A stretch of DNA of 62,624 bases. It comes from a virus (taxonomy: Duplodnaviria > Caudoviricetes). Below, one piece after another: positions 30,795 to 41,722 of this stretch. The notes under the pieces are model-generated. The model saw nothing but the letters and a program-made list of their open reading frames with translations. It searched no databases and was not told the origin of the DNA. Every line of letters starts with the position of its first letter. Position 1 is the first letter of the stretch. Position numbers and translations under genes: made by a program. Location: IMG/VR virus record IMGVR_UViG_3300023179_000109, positions 1-62,624 of that record, one strand, 5' to 3'.

Positions 30795-31385
30795 ATGTCA
30801 AAACAATTTTTAGCAAACGAAAGAAATAACGTTAATCATTTTAACTATTACTATTTTACCAACGCATTCACACCTGAAGAATTGGATACGATAAAAACAA
30901 TTGGAAACTCATATCCTAAACAATTAGCTGAAGTCGGAGGAGGAGATGATTCTCAAGTAAGTGATTATCGTAAAAGTGAAATTTCTTGGATTCCAGAAGA
31001 ACCCAATAATCAATGGCTTTACGATAAAATATCTCAATATGCTATTTCTGCTAACAAAGAGATGTGGAATTTTGACATTTGGGGATACCATGACACCCTT
31101 CAGTTTACAAATTATTATGGTGATGGCGGTCATTATGATTGGCACGCTGATTTAGGTCCTGGAATTTCTAATAGAAAGTTATCGGTTGTTTTACAATTAT
31201 CTGACCCTAAAGATTACGTAGGAGGAGAATTACAAATGAATACTGGCGGAGGTATTACATCAGTTAAAAAAGAATATGGTTTATTATGCTTTTTTCCGTC
31301 ATTTGTATTACATAGAGTAACCCCTCTAACTTCAGGAACGAGAACTTCTTTAGTTACTTGGTTATGTGGTGCAAATCTTAGATAA
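30795..31385 (+). CDS. 2OG-Fe(II) oxygenase
   Basis: YDWHAD...RKLS...GGEL...FPSFVLHRVTP...R.SLV.W. Confidence 0.9.
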   Translation: MSKQFLANERNNVNHFNYYYFTNAFTPEELDTIKTIGNSYPKQLAEVGGGDDSQVSDYRKSEISWIPEEPNNQWLYDKISQYAISANKEMWNFDIWGYHDTLQFTNYYGDGGHYDWHADLGPGISNRKLSVVLQLSDPKDYVGGELQMNTGGGITSVKKEYGLLCFFPSFVLHRVTPLTSGTRTSLVTWLCGANLR

Positions 31386-31783
31386 TGATTAGGGAAAGAA
31401 TAACAGTAAATGATTTTGAAAGAATAACAAAAGAAAACGAATATTTTATTTGGCATTTTGTTAATCCAAAAAGTGCGACCCAATTAAAATCAATATTTCA
31501 ACCAGACAACCCATTTACTCCGAACCCATTCATTCCAATTTTAAAATCAATATCTATACCGTATTTTGAATCTGACAGTCAAGAAAGTCATGATTTTTTA
31601 ATTAATTTAAGTACACCATTTATAATTAACGCTTATAAAAATAATACCTACAATCCTGTAGTAGTTTCATTTAATAGAAAGAGAATGGTAAACCACACTT
31701 TTGGACCATATTGTTATTGTATTGAAGGGGTAATAGAATTAATTGGGGAACTTAATCCCCAATTTATATTAGATATTAATTAA
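31385..31783 (+). CDS. hypothetical protein
   Basis: ORF track. Confidence 0.5.
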   Translation: MIRERITVNDFERITKENEYFIWHFVNPKSATQLKSIFQPDNPFTPNPFIPILKSISIPYFESDSQESHDFLINLSTPFIINAYKNNTYNPVVVSFNRKRMVNHTFGPYCYCIEGVIELIGELNPQFILDIN

Positions 31784-32361
31784 CGTTCAGTGTTGAAGAA
31801 AAACACTTGGAACAATCTTCCATCATACATATCTTTTCCAAAATAGTCTAATGATACATGATAATTGTCTGCTCTGTACATGATTAGACGATTGAAAATA
31901 TTACCAACTCTATCTACCATATCCCATTTTGTGTAGTCTTGCATATCGTCACCTGAAGGAGCGGACTCTTTATAACCTGGCTCGTTCTCTCTTTTGTAAT
32001 CATAATGCATCCAACCTGTTTCTTTATGTTTAAAGATTCCTGTTCCTGCACTAATGGGTGCGTTAGGTGTTAAATAACAAACAGCGGCCCAATCTGTAGT
32101 TGAGTCAGCATGAATCCAAGACCTATCTTTTGCGGTTGTATATTGGAACGACCCAGTATAGTCACCACCCCACCAAGTCACTTCACCAGCGAATGGATAA
32201 AGGATGTCTCTAAGTTTTTGTCTAATAGAATCGTTTAAGAATGATTCAGTTCTTAACCCAGGGTAGTTACCTCTCACCTTAAATTCTTGTTTTAGTGCAA
32301 ATTCTCTAACTTCCATTGGGTTTGAATAAAAGTCGTCAATCGTTAAAGAGTTAAATCTCAT
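31780..32361 (-). CDS. DUF6445-like 2OG-Fe(II) oxygenase
   Basis: IDDFYSNP..VR, YPGLR, WIHAD, FNRLIMY...H, RLFQVFF. Confidence 0.75.
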   Translation of the reverse strand: MRFNSLTIDDFYSNPMEVREFALKQEFKVRGNYPGLRTESFLNDSIRQKLRDILYPFAGEVTWWGGDYTGSFQYTTAKDRSWIHADSTTDWAAVCYLTPNAPISAGTGIFKHKETGWMHYDYKRENEPGYKESAPSGDDMQDYTKWDMVDRVGNIFNRLIMYRADNYHVSLDYFGKDMYDGRLFQVFFFNTER

Positions 32362-32477
32362 AATAAAAGTTTTATAAACAAGTATAAGAATAAAATGGTC
32401 TAAAAAAAATGATGTTTAATAATAATTTATGTGACTTTTGCTTCTTTTTGTAATATTTCTTTATAAATTGTTTTATT

Positions 32478-32777
32478 ATGGAGATAAAAGAAATCGTATC
32501 ATATTTTTTGAATGCTGAAACAAACATTTTAGAAGTTTCATTCAGAACTATAGATGACAATGAAGAAGTTTTAAGAAACGACAATATTGATTATACAATT
32601 GTTGGAGATTATGGATTTGATTTAGTTACAGAATCTTTTGATTTTTTTGGTGAGGAGTTTGAAGATGAATTGTTTGAAGAAGAAAAAGTTGAACTTGATG
32701 AAGATGAATTAGTGATTTTCTTAAATGAATATTATACAATAAATCCTGATACTTTACCAAGAGCAGAATTCTATTAA
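32478..32777 (+). CDS. hypothetical acidic protein
   Basis: ORF track. Confidence 0.55.
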   Translation: MEIKEIVSYFLNAETNILEVSFRTIDDNEEVLRNDNIDYTIVGDYGFDLVTESFDFFGEEFEDELFEEEKVELDEDELVIFLNEYYTINPDTLPRAEFY

Positions 32778-33304
32778 GGTCCTACACGAGTAAGGTACAA
32801 TGTCATTACTTGTTTTTCACCAAATTTACCTTTGAACCAAGCACCTGAACTCTTTAACTGAAGAGATTCAAACCCATCGTCCTCAATCAGGAACGTTAGT
32901 GTCCTTACGTCATTTGGTTTGGCTTCATAAGTAAATTGTAAGAATCCATTGCTATAAGAATTATTGTTTAAAATACGATAAAATATCTCATCTGGTGCCA
33001 TACCATATTCCCATATGTCTCTACCATCCGCGGTTAAGGTTAATTTACCCATTTTTATTGAGGAGTAATCCAAGTGAATATAAAACCTATTGATTTTAAT
33101 TGAGTCAAATGGTGACGGTATTAATGGGTTCTTATAAGTTGTACCTAAAAGATATAATGAGTCTTTGTATTGATTTTGGTCAACACTTGTTATATCTAAT
33201 TTAGAGACAACATACTTTCCACTTAAAGTTATGTCACTATTGTTTAATACAAATTTTTCACAACTTGTTAGACATAGTAGTATAAATAAGAGATATTTTT
33301 TCAT
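32774..33304 (-). CDS. lipoprotein
   Basis: MKKYLLFILLCLTSC lipobox. Confidence 0.7.
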   Translation of the reverse strand: MKKYLLFILLCLTSCEKFVLNNSDITLSGKYVVSKLDITSVDQNQYKDSLYLLGTTYKNPLIPSPFDSIKINRFYIHLDYSSIKMGKLTLTADGRDIWEYGMAPDEIFYRILNNNSYSNGFLQFTYEAKPNDVRTLTFLIEDDGFESLQLKSSGAWFKGKFGEKQVMTLYLTRVGP

Positions 33305-33352
33305 TTCGCAAAGATATGAAACTTTATTCAAAATTAAAAATATTTATATCAT

Positions 33353-33601
33353 ATGATTTTAGACGTAGATTTTTTAATTAATTTTTTTGACAAATATTCA
33401 GGTAAATCTGATAAAGAAGAAATGGGTGAACAAGAAGATGCTGCGGCACCATCTGCACCATCATCGGGTGGCTCTGGAAAAGGAGTTCCAAAATGGGCGG
33501 ATTCTTATTCTTTGAAAAGAGGGAAATCTAATATGTTGGGAAAGGCTGGTGAAAAATGGGAAACAGGACTCACAAGGGGTGCTGCAAATCAAATTTGGTA
33601 A
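33353..33601 (+). CDS. hypothetical protein
   Basis: KW...RG.AN repeats, TATTTATA upstream. Confidence 0.55.
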   Translation: MILDVDFLINFFDKYSGKSDKEEMGEQEDAAAPSAPSSGGSGKGVPKWADSYSLKRGKSNMLGKAGEKWETGLTRGAANQIW

Positions 33602-33628
33602 TTTAAATATATTTATAAAGAAAAGTAA

Positions 33629-34727
33629 TATGGTACAACCTAAATACAGCCCCGAAGAAGCTCTACAAAGAGTGAAATTAATGATGGGGTATGATACAAG
33701 AAAAACTCTTAAAGAGAATAAAGAAACCATTGAAGAACAAACATGGTGGAAATCAATGTTAGCAGGTGCTGCTACAGGTGGTGCTGCAGGTGCTGTGGCT
33801 GGTCCCGCGGCGATACCAGGAGCCGTAGTTGGCGCTGTTTTAGGGTTAGTTTTTGATTTCGCTGGAGGGGATGCATCCAAAACAAAAGTTGTAGAATTAA
33901 TCAAAGCTTGTTCAACAAATAAAAAAGAAGTTGGAAAAACTATTCTCTCTGATGATGAATTGGATGAGATGTCAGATAAATTATACACAGCAATGAAAGG
34001 TATTACAACCGACGAAGACTCAATCAAGGAAGTTTTTTCTGGTATTCAATCTGTACCTGATTTGTGTAATTTAGTAGAAAATTTTAAAGATAATTATGGA
34101 GATTTGATTGAATGGTTGAACGGTGATTTAGAAAATGATGAGGAATGGAGAGATTATGTTGCTTTACCTTTGAGAAAGGCTATTAGGAATAGTAAAAAAG
34201 CGTCTGAAGAAGGAACAGGAACTACGGCTATACGACAAAAAAATATTAACGCAGTTTGGTGTAGTGTTAACTTGAAAAATATCATAGAATTACCTGAAAA
34301 TCCATACAACGGTAAAACATGGGAAGAATTTATTATAAGTGAAAAAGTAACACAAGAAGAATTGGTGGCTGCTAAAAATTCTTGTCCACAAAAAGGTGGT
34401 GTAGTTAAAACTGGCGGAGGTGGTGGATATAAACCATGTTCAGGAACATATTCTTATGGATGTAAATCTGATGTTATTGCTAAAGTACAAGGTTGTTTAG
34501 GTGGATTAGTTCAAGATGGCAAATTTGGACCTAAAACAAGGACAAAATTATCTGCAAAAGGATTTACAACATTTACAGATTCTGATATTGAAAAAATATG
34601 TTCAGCGGCTGAAACTAAATTAACAAGTGATGTTGAATCCTCTGACTTAACACAAGGTGGAGAATCAAATGTAACACCAGCAGCAGGTCAAGGAGTTGAC
34701 CCTAATGCTAAAGATGGAATAAGTTAA
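33629..34727 (+). CDS. hypothetical protein with glycine zipper, annexin-like repeat and PG-binding-like motif
   Basis: GAATGGAAGAVAG; LYTAMKGITTDED; DGKFGPKT. Confidence 0.55.
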
Positions 34728-34739
34728 TAATATAGATAT

Positions 34740-35789
34740 ATGAAAAAATTTATAATAGACGAAAGTCAAAGAAATGAAATATTAAAACAACACGAAGACT
34801 TAAAAAAGTCTTTGGTTGAAACTGTAACTAAAAAAATTAAAGAATCTAAAGAGGTTTTAGCAGAACAATCAAATCCAATTTTCATTGATACAAGAACAAT
34901 TGAAAAAGTCAAACAAGAGTGTACAAAACCAGATGTTAAAAGTCTTCTTACCTTATTCAAAGGTAAGCCAGCAATTAAGGTTGTTGGTGGACCAGATGAT
35001 ATTAAAATATATACAAACGAACCAAATACAAATTTTGGTGGATACAACTGGTATATATTAAACACGGCAGAAACAAAAATATTAAAAGGACCGTTCAAAT
35101 GGACATGTGAGGCAAAAAAAGGACCTGACCCAAATGCTGGAGATGTTACTCAAGAAGTAGCCGCAGGATGGACAAAAAGAGAAGATTTGAAAAATGTTTC
35201 TGATGCTGAATTGGCTGATTTATACGACCCACATCCAAAGTATAAAAATTTGTATAAATTAAAAGTTGGAAAAGATAAGAAAGGTGGATTCACTGCAGAC
35301 CAACAATCGTTTATAAATGCTTGGACTGGCTCAACACAAGAAATGAGAGACAAATTTTCAACAGATGCGTATAAATTTAATCCAAGTGCTGCGGATTTTG
35401 CAACAGGTCAATGGACAAGAAACAATTATTTTATTGCACCAGGAAGTGAAGTATATTTTCCAGCAGATGAAAAAGGTCAAAAAGGTTTAAAAATATTTAT
35501 CAATGCTGCTAAATTAAGTAAAGAACCTAATAGAGAAAATTGTAGAGCGGCTATTAAAACTTTTGTTAATATGTATAAACAATCTCGTGGAGGTTTAGAA
35601 CCAAACGCTCAAGTTTTTGCCGATACTAAAGCATTAGTTAAATTATGTAAAGCAACTATAAAATTTGGTGGACCTTTCAGTAAAATAGATGATGATTTGA
35701 ATTTATTGGCTGGACAAACAGTTGATGGTATCAAAGGACCAACAAGTTTAGATTCTCAAAATAATCCAAATCCTTGGAGAATAGATTAA
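34740..35789 (+). CDS. hypothetical (possible virion) protein
   Basis: KFIIDESQRNEILKQH N-terminus. Confidence 0.55.
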   Translation: MKKFIIDESQRNEILKQHEDLKKSLVETVTKKIKESKEVLAEQSNPIFIDTRTIEKVKQECTKPDVKSLLTLFKGKPAIKVVGGPDDIKIYTNEPNTNFGGYNWYILNTAETKILKGPFKWTCEAKKGPDPNAGDVTQEVAAGWTKREDLKNVSDAELADLYDPHPKYKNLYKLKVGKDKKGGFTADQQSFINAWTGSTQEMRDKFSTDAYKFNPSAADFATGQWTRNNYFIAPGSEVYFPADEKGQKGLKIFINAAKLSKEPNRENCRAAIKTFVNMYKQSRGGLEPNAQVFADTKALVKLCKATIKFGGPFSKIDDDLNLLAGQTVDGIKGPTSLDSQNNPNPWRID

Positions 35790-35799
35790 AAAAAATATT

Positions 35800-36468
35800 A
35801 TGAAATTAAATAAAGAAATTAAAAAGGCTTTAGTTGAAGCTAAAGAACAAAAAGAAAGACGTTTGATTGAAGAATCTTTAATCAAAAGTAAAATCATGAT
35901 GATTGTTGAGTCTGAAGAAAATATCAAAAATTTTGATTCATTAACAAAAACTAAACAAAAAAAGATTGCTAATGGTATATTGAAAGAAATGATTTTATCT
36001 GATGACCAATTACTCAATGAAGGATTGTGGGACGCCCTTAGTTCTTTATTCGGTAGTTCTTTTTCAGGATTAGCTCAAATGATTGGTGAACCTATTGTGA
36101 ATTCTATTTTAGGTGCTTTAGGAATGGAAGATGGATACTTTAAAAGTGTAATGATTTCATTCTTCACTAAGAACTGGGGTAGATTAGCAAAGGCTCTAAG
36201 GGGTGATTGTAAAGAACTTACAGGGTTAGTCGCAGAATCATTGGTTGAGGGAATGGTAATACAATTATCAAACTCAAAAGGAATGAATGGAGCTGGTTAT
36301 ACTTTCTTAAGAAATACTCTTGAAGATGCGATACATAGTACAAGTTTCATCCAAGGATTAGAAAACTCTTTAGAGTCAACAGTTTGTGGGTTACTTAATA
36401 AATTTACAGGTAAAGCAACTGAAGTTGCTTCAAATTTAAAGGCTAAGCCAGCGTTGGCTGCCTCATAA
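35800..36468 (+). CDS. hypothetical (possible virion) protein
   Basis: ORF track; LNEG-type motif. Confidence 0.55.
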   Translation: MKLNKEIKKALVEAKEQKERRLIEESLIKSKIMMIVESEENIKNFDSLTKTKQKKIANGILKEMILSDDQLLNEGLWDALSSLFGSSFSGLAQMIGEPIVNSILGALGMEDGYFKSVMISFFTKNWGRLAKALRGDCKELTGLVAESLVEGMVIQLSNSKGMNGAGYTFLRNTLEDAIHSTSFIQGLENSLESTVCGLLNKFTGKATEVASNLKAKPALAAS

Positions 36469-36517
36469 AAGAATAAAAACAAAAAGGGGGTGTTCTAAAT
36501 TCTAAAAAAAAGAAGGG

Positions 36518-37198
36518 TTATTTACCCTTCTTTTTTGTTTTAACAATCTCATCAATTATTCCATACTCTAAAGCCTGTTCACTATCAAGCCATAAATCTC
36601 TTGAGGCATCATTTTTAACAATTTCCGCATCTTTACCACAATACTCACCTAATAACTCAAATAAAGTATTGTTGATTTTTTCCCATTCAAGGAATGAAAT
36701 TCTTGCGTCTTGGATATTACCTCCAGCACCTCCAGATGATTGGTGTAACATTGTTCTTGAAAATCTTAAAGAACTTCTTTTACCTTTTGTTCCTGCCCCT
36801 AATAAAATTGAACCCATTGAGGCGGCCATACCCGTATTTACGGTTCTAATATCACAAGTTATATAATTCATTACATCAACCATAGATAACCCTGATTTAA
36901 CACTTCCGCCAGGTGAATCAATATGCATTGTGATATCGGTCTTATCAGACGAATCTAAGAACATTAACTGTGCTTGAACCACAGTTGACATGCGGTCATC
37001 AACGGGACCTGCAACCCATAAAAGACGGTCTCTCATTAAACGAGAGAAGATATCCATTTGAGTTACTCTCATCTCCCTTTCTTCTAAAATGTAGGGAGTC
37101 ATTGAAGACTCAATTTGGTTTTCATAATAATGAAGGTCCAAAGAACCTTTACCTAAATGTTTCGTGTAGTAATTTTTGAAATCTTGACCAATATTCAT
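36518..37198 (-). CDS. clpP: ATP-dependent Clp protease proteolytic subunit
   Basis: DIFSRL, IDSPGGSV, GMAASMG (catalytic Ser), MLHQ, RDLWL. Confidence 0.95.
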   Translation of the reverse strand: MNIGQDFKNYYTKHLGKGSLDLHYYENQIESSMTPYILEEREMRVTQMDIFSRLMRDRLLWVAGPVDDRMSTVVQAQLMFLDSSDKTDITMHIDSPGGSVKSGLSMVDVMNYITCDIRTVNTGMAASMGSILLGAGTKGKRSSLRFSRTMLHQSSGGAGGNIQDARISFLEWEKINNTLFELLGEYCGKDAEIVKNDASRDLWLDSEQALEYGIIDEIVKTKKKGK

Positions 37199-37228
37199 AT
37201 TTGATAATTTTTACAAAAGTATGTAAAA

Positions 37229-37876
37229 TTATTCAATACACAAAATATCATTAATAATTTCTTTGCTGGAGAGAGAAGTCCAACATCTTGGGTGTTCATA
37301 TGACCAAAAAGTTTTCCAATAACCAAACCATAACACTCCTTCTTTTCTTGGGTCTACAGTCCTCCAGTCATTAGATGATTTAGGGTATCTACCAATTTTA
37401 TATATTTTATAAAAATCAATATCTTTTGTTAGATATTTCGTATTAAAACTATTGTTTAACTCATCAAACTTTGATTCAATGACAATTTTACAATTATGCA
37501 TTGTTTGATATTTTTTAATTTGTTCAATCCAAATTTCAGCTTCTTTGAAGTTTGAAGTATCTAAAACAAATTTCAATAATTTACCATTATCGTTATATCT
37601 GTGAGAAAATATTTTTTGTAATCCTGAATCTTCATTAAATCGGTAAACGTTAATTTCAAAATCAAAATAAAATTCTATTGGTAGATTAAAATATGAGTTA
37701 TTTCCTTTTCCAGGTTTAGTTGTTATATGATATGATTCCACAAATACAGGAGAATCATTATTTTTTTTAAATTCGTTAATTTCAACTAAATAATACGTTT
37801 CAGGACCATCAACATAAACTTTAATACCTGATTGAAAATTTAGTCTAATTTTTTCATTATTTATTTGTGTAAACAT
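37229..37876 (-). CDS. hypothetical protein
   Basis: ORF overlapping the carbamoyltransferase stop. Confidence 0.55.
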   Translation of the reverse strand: MFTQINNEKIRLNFQSGIKVYVDGPETYYLVEINEFKKNNDSPVFVESYHITTKPGKGNNSYFNLPIEFYFDFEINVYRFNEDSGLQKIFSHRYNDNGKLLKFVLDTSNFKEAEIWIEQIKKYQTMHNCKIVIESKFDELNNSFNTKYLTKDIDFYKIYKIGRYPKSSNDWRTVDPRKEGVLWFGYWKTFWSYEHPRCWTSLSSKEIINDILCIE

Positions 37877-39449
37877 AATTTTCAATAACAAGTTTATCTA
37901 TAATACCATTTTGTAGACTAATAAATGCATCTTCTGGGTTATCAATAATTGGCTGATTGTGTGAGTTAAATGATGTATTTAAAAGTACTGGTATTTTTGA
38001 AAGTTTATGATACTCGTTTAGTATTTCCCAAAATTTTGGGCAATTGTCTTTTTTAACTAATTGAGGTCTGGCGGTTTTATCAGATTTTTGAATCACAGCA
38101 GGAATTTTTTCAATCCATTCTTCTTTGGTTGGATAACAAATTGTCATAAATTCTGCACTATATTTTGATTTATTTCCTTCAAATATATCATCAAAATATT
38201 CTTCCATCACTATTGGTGCAAATGGCATTAATTCATATCTCTTTAGTCTTGTATTCAGTATTTCATGAGTACCAATATCCGTTGGTCTAACTAAAATACT
38301 TCTAGCACCAAGTGCTCTTGGTCCATATTCAAAACCATCTTGAAACCACCCAATAATTTTACCTTCATTTAAATCTTTGGCAATTGCGTTTGATTCATAA
38401 AATTCTTTATTAAAATCAAAATTTTTTGATATATTAAAAATTTGATAATCAGAATATTTTAATCCAAAATATAGGTTTTTTAATTTTTTTGGTTTTGTCC
38501 ATTCACCTAATTGTACTGCTTTGTAAATGCAGGCACCTAATGAAAGCCCCTCATCACCCATTGCAGGATAAATATAAATCTCATCAACCCAATCAAGTTC
38601 ATTTATCTTTTGATTTAATTTAACATTGGCAAACAATCCACCTGAAAAACATAATTTTTTGTATTCAGGAAACCTTATATGTAAATCGTTTAGAAATGAC
38701 AAAAACAAATCTTCTGTTATTTTTTGTAAATTGTATGAAAAAATTTCTCTTTTTGTTTTTGTGTCAAAAAAACCTTTTTGGTACATTGAATCAATAACAA
38801 GTTGGGTTTTTCCCGCGGTATTTGAGGGAAAAAATTTTAAGTTTTCATAATCAATGCATGAATTAAGAAACTTATATATTTTTTCATCATAGTAACCATT
38901 TGGCGCCATTCCCATTAGTTTCCCTTCATCCTTACACATTTTCCACGTGCCTTCAAACTTAGAATTGTGTCCCATTATACCATTTGTGCTAAATGCCCAC
39001 AAATGTGCTAAACTTCCTGTGTTACACATATCGTAACTGTATAATAAGTTCATTTTACCATCTTCACACATGTAGACCTTCATTACTGACTTATCTCCAC
39101 CACCATCATAAGAAATAGTTAGAACTTTTCCATCCATTCCACTTGTGAAATATGAACCATAACAATGAGCGTCGTGATGACTTACTCTTTCGTAATTGTT
39201 ATTTGTTATTTGGTTTGCGAATCTATCAGTCACAGGCTCAACAAATACCCTATGGTCGGAATCTAATATTTTTAAATCACAGTAGCTTTCAACAACTTTT
39301 GATGATAGTTCTGCAACCGCATCAAAATTATCTCCTGCTTTAATACGAGTAATTCTTTCTTCTTCAATACAACAAACAATTTCACCATCAATTACAAGTG
39401 ATGTTGCTGGACTGTGAGACCCACCAAAAAAACCATAAATTGAACTCAT
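37857..39449 (-). CDS. NodU/CmcH-family carbamoyltransferase
   Basis: EEERITRIK, HHDAH, DGGGD, EGKLMG, GPRALGARS, PFAP, LNTSFN. Confidence 0.92.
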   Translation of the reverse strand: MSSIYGFFGGSHSPATSLVIDGEIVCCIEEERITRIKAGDNFDAVAELSSKVVESYCDLKILDSDHRVFVEPVTDRFANQITNNNYERVSHHDAHCYGSYFTSGMDGKVLTISYDGGGDKSVMKVYMCEDGKMNLLYSYDMCNTGSLAHLWAFSTNGIMGHNSKFEGTWKMCKDEGKLMGMAPNGYYDEKIYKFLNSCIDYENLKFFPSNTAGKTQLVIDSMYQKGFFDTKTKREIFSYNLQKITEDLFLSFLNDLHIRFPEYKKLCFSGGLFANVKLNQKINELDWVDEIYIYPAMGDEGLSLGACIYKAVQLGEWTKPKKLKNLYFGLKYSDYQIFNISKNFDFNKEFYESNAIAKDLNEGKIIGWFQDGFEYGPRALGARSILVRPTDIGTHEILNTRLKRYELMPFAPIVMEEYFDDIFEGNKSKYSAEFMTICYPTKEEWIEKIPAVIQKSDKTARPQLVKKDNCPKFWEILNEYHKLSKIPVLLNTSFNSHNQPIIDNPEDAFISLQNGIIDKLVIENYVYTNK

Positions 39450-41119
39450 GTTGTCTTTGTAATTAAAACATTATTTAAAACTAAGAAATCCAATCCGTTT
39501 TCTATAAAACTTTTTATTGCGTCTTTAGGTGTTTCAACCATTGGTTCTCTTGGTCCATTGAAACTTGTATTGAGTAATACTGGTACACCAGTCTTTTCGT
39601 GGAATTTTTTAATTAACGAATAAAATCTTGGATTGTTTTTTTCGGTAACTGATTGATGTCTGGCAGAATAATCTATATGAGTTACTGCAGGGATTTTATT
39701 TCTCCAATCTTCTTTTACTGTTGTAGTTACTAACATATATGGTGAGTAAACATCAGATTCAAAAACTTCTGATTGATGTTCAAACAAAACAGCTGGAGCA
39801 AATGGTCTGTACCACTCTCTTTTCTTAATATCTGAATTAATATGTCCTGTCATCCAAGACTTAATTGGTGATGCAAGTATTGAACGGTTACCTAATGCTC
39901 TCGGACCAATTTCAGAACCTCCTTGGAACCAACCAATTACACGGTTTTGAGTTAACCAAAAAGAAACATCTTCAACTAATTTTTCAAAGTCATCATATTT
40001 TTCAAAAACTAAATGAGGAAATTCATTTAATGTTGAATTTATTTCCTTGTCAGAATAGGGTTTTCCTATATATGGACTTAAAGGTTCAACAACATCAATG
40101 TCAATAAGTTGTTGGTATGCGTACCACGCACATCCTAATGGGATTCCACTATCATCTGCTGGAGGAATGAAAAAACAATCTTCAAATAATCCTGAATTTA
40201 ATATTTTTTCATTTGAGTTACAGTTCAAGAATGAGCCGCCAGCAACACATATATTTTTAGAGTTAGTCAGTGTTTTTGCTTTCTCTGCAAGCATTAAAGA
40301 AACTCTCTCTTGTTCTCTTTGATAAATTCCCGCAACACAAGCTCTTGAGAAAAAATCTGAATTGTAATTAACTCTTGGATAGATTCTTTTGTTAGGGATA
40401 AAAATATCACCGTCTTTTTCAACAATAAAATATGGTGCTTCGTTTACAATATCTTGGTCAGCATATGATGCAAGACCCATAAGTTTACCCGCTGGCCACG
40501 TGTTATGGTTTGGTTCAAAGATTAATTGTAACGACCCTTCAGAATATACCGTACCAACGGAAACACCGTCTTCAGTTTCCAAAGGAACTGGCCACTTAAT
40601 CCATTTTTTGTAAACTTCAGTATATTCATTTTTTTTAATGTGATATATTGAAATTCCCTCACTCCAATCTTGACGAGTTTCTATTTTTTCATTATAGACA
40701 TCTTTATACCAAAGGGGTAGTTTATTAAGATGACTCAAAATACTACCAGACGCATCAGCAACAACAACCGCAGCTTCGTCAAAACCTGAGCTGAAGAAAG
40801 ATGAATATGCGTGAGCTAAATGGTGAGGTAAAAATTTGGTTTTATTTGTTAAATCAACTTTGAAATGTTTTCTCATTTGTTCGTCTACATCATCAACCAT
40901 TTCGGTTGTACTGTATACAAACAAATCAATATCTTTATAAGTTATTCCCAAATAATCTAAACAATAATTAATTGAATCATAAGGTATGGTTCCGCCCTGA
41001 TATGCGCCGTCGTGTTTTATTCTTGAAAGTCTTTCTTGGGTAATCCCCACGGCAACTTTTCCGTCTTCAATTATAACTGCACCCTTATCATGGCCAACAG
41101 AAAATCCTAATGTCCTCAT
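39446..41119 (-). CDS. NodU/CmcH-family carbamoyltransferase
   Basis: GHD, ERLSRIKH, HHLAHA, GKLMGLA, GPRALGNRS, RPFAP, LNTSFN. Confidence 0.93.
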   Translation of the reverse strand: MRTLGFSVGHDKGAVIIEDGKVAVGITQERLSRIKHDGAYQGGTIPYDSINYCLDYLGITYKDIDLFVYSTTEMVDDVDEQMRKHFKVDLTNKTKFLPHHLAHAYSSFFSSGFDEAAVVVADASGSILSHLNKLPLWYKDVYNEKIETRQDWSEGISIYHIKKNEYTEVYKKWIKWPVPLETEDGVSVGTVYSEGSLQLIFEPNHNTWPAGKLMGLASYADQDIVNEAPYFIVEKDGDIFIPNKRIYPRVNYNSDFFSRACVAGIYQREQERVSLMLAEKAKTLTNSKNICVAGGSFLNCNSNEKILNSGLFEDCFFIPPADDSGIPLGCAWYAYQQLIDIDVVEPLSPYIGKPYSDKEINSTLNEFPHLVFEKYDDFEKLVEDVSFWLTQNRVIGWFQGGSEIGPRALGNRSILASPIKSWMTGHINSDIKKREWYRPFAPAVLFEHQSEVFESDVYSPYMLVTTTVKEDWRNKIPAVTHIDYSARHQSVTEKNNPRFYSLIKKFHEKTGVPVLLNTSFNGPREPMVETPKDAIKSFIENGLDFLVLNNVLITKTT

Positions 41120-41139
41120 TATTTTGATATTTTAAAAAA

Positions 41140-41424
41140 TTATTCTTGTTCTTCCTTTGCTGCGCTTGTATCCATATTAACAGCGTTTCCTTCAGGAATG
41201 TCATCATCACATTTGTAGATGTGAACTTGGTTTTCAAATTTGAAAACAATAACTTTTTTGACCTCTTCTCCTAATTTAATGTCTCCAACAACATCAACAA
41301 CAATTCCTTCGTTTTCTTTAAGGATTAGTCCCAATGCTCTTGCAAATAGTAAAGATGCGTTTATTAAGTCTTGAGGGCCGTCTTGAAACCCTTCTTCGTT
41401 TGGTTTTAAATGATTTTCTTGCAT
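41140..41424 (-). CDS. hypothetical protein
   Basis: ORF track. Confidence 0.55.
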   Translation of the reverse strand: MQENHLKPNEEGFQDGPQDLINASLLFARALGLILKENEGIVVDVVGDIKLGEEVKKVIVFKFENQVHIYKCDDDIPEGNAVNMDTSAAKEEQE

Positions 41425-41425
41425 T

Positions 41426-41698
41426 TTATTCAGTTTGTGTGTTTTTTATTTCTTCTATTTCATTAACAGCCTTTGGATTTTTTTCTTTGTAAATTTCCAA
41501 AGCCGCTTCATATCTTCCAGCCTCAATGGAATTTTGAAATGATTCATCGTAAAGACTATCAGATAAATTAGTTAAACTATCAATGGTTTTTTGTTGGTTA
41601 ATAATTTTGTTACCCGAATTACCCCACATTACAGACATCCATATTGTTAATAATGCTGATACGGTCAAACCTGCTTTTAATTTAGTTTCAGTTGTCAT
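41426..41698 (-). CDS. single-TM protein
   Basis: N-terminal TM segment. Confidence 0.55.
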   Translation of the reverse strand: MTTETKLKAGLTVSALLTIWMSVMWGNSGNKIINQQKTIDSLTNLSDSLYDESFQNSIEAGRYEAALEIYKEKNPKAVNEIEEIKNTQTE

Positions 41699-41722
41699 GT
41701 TTTTTAAATTTAATAAAAAATT

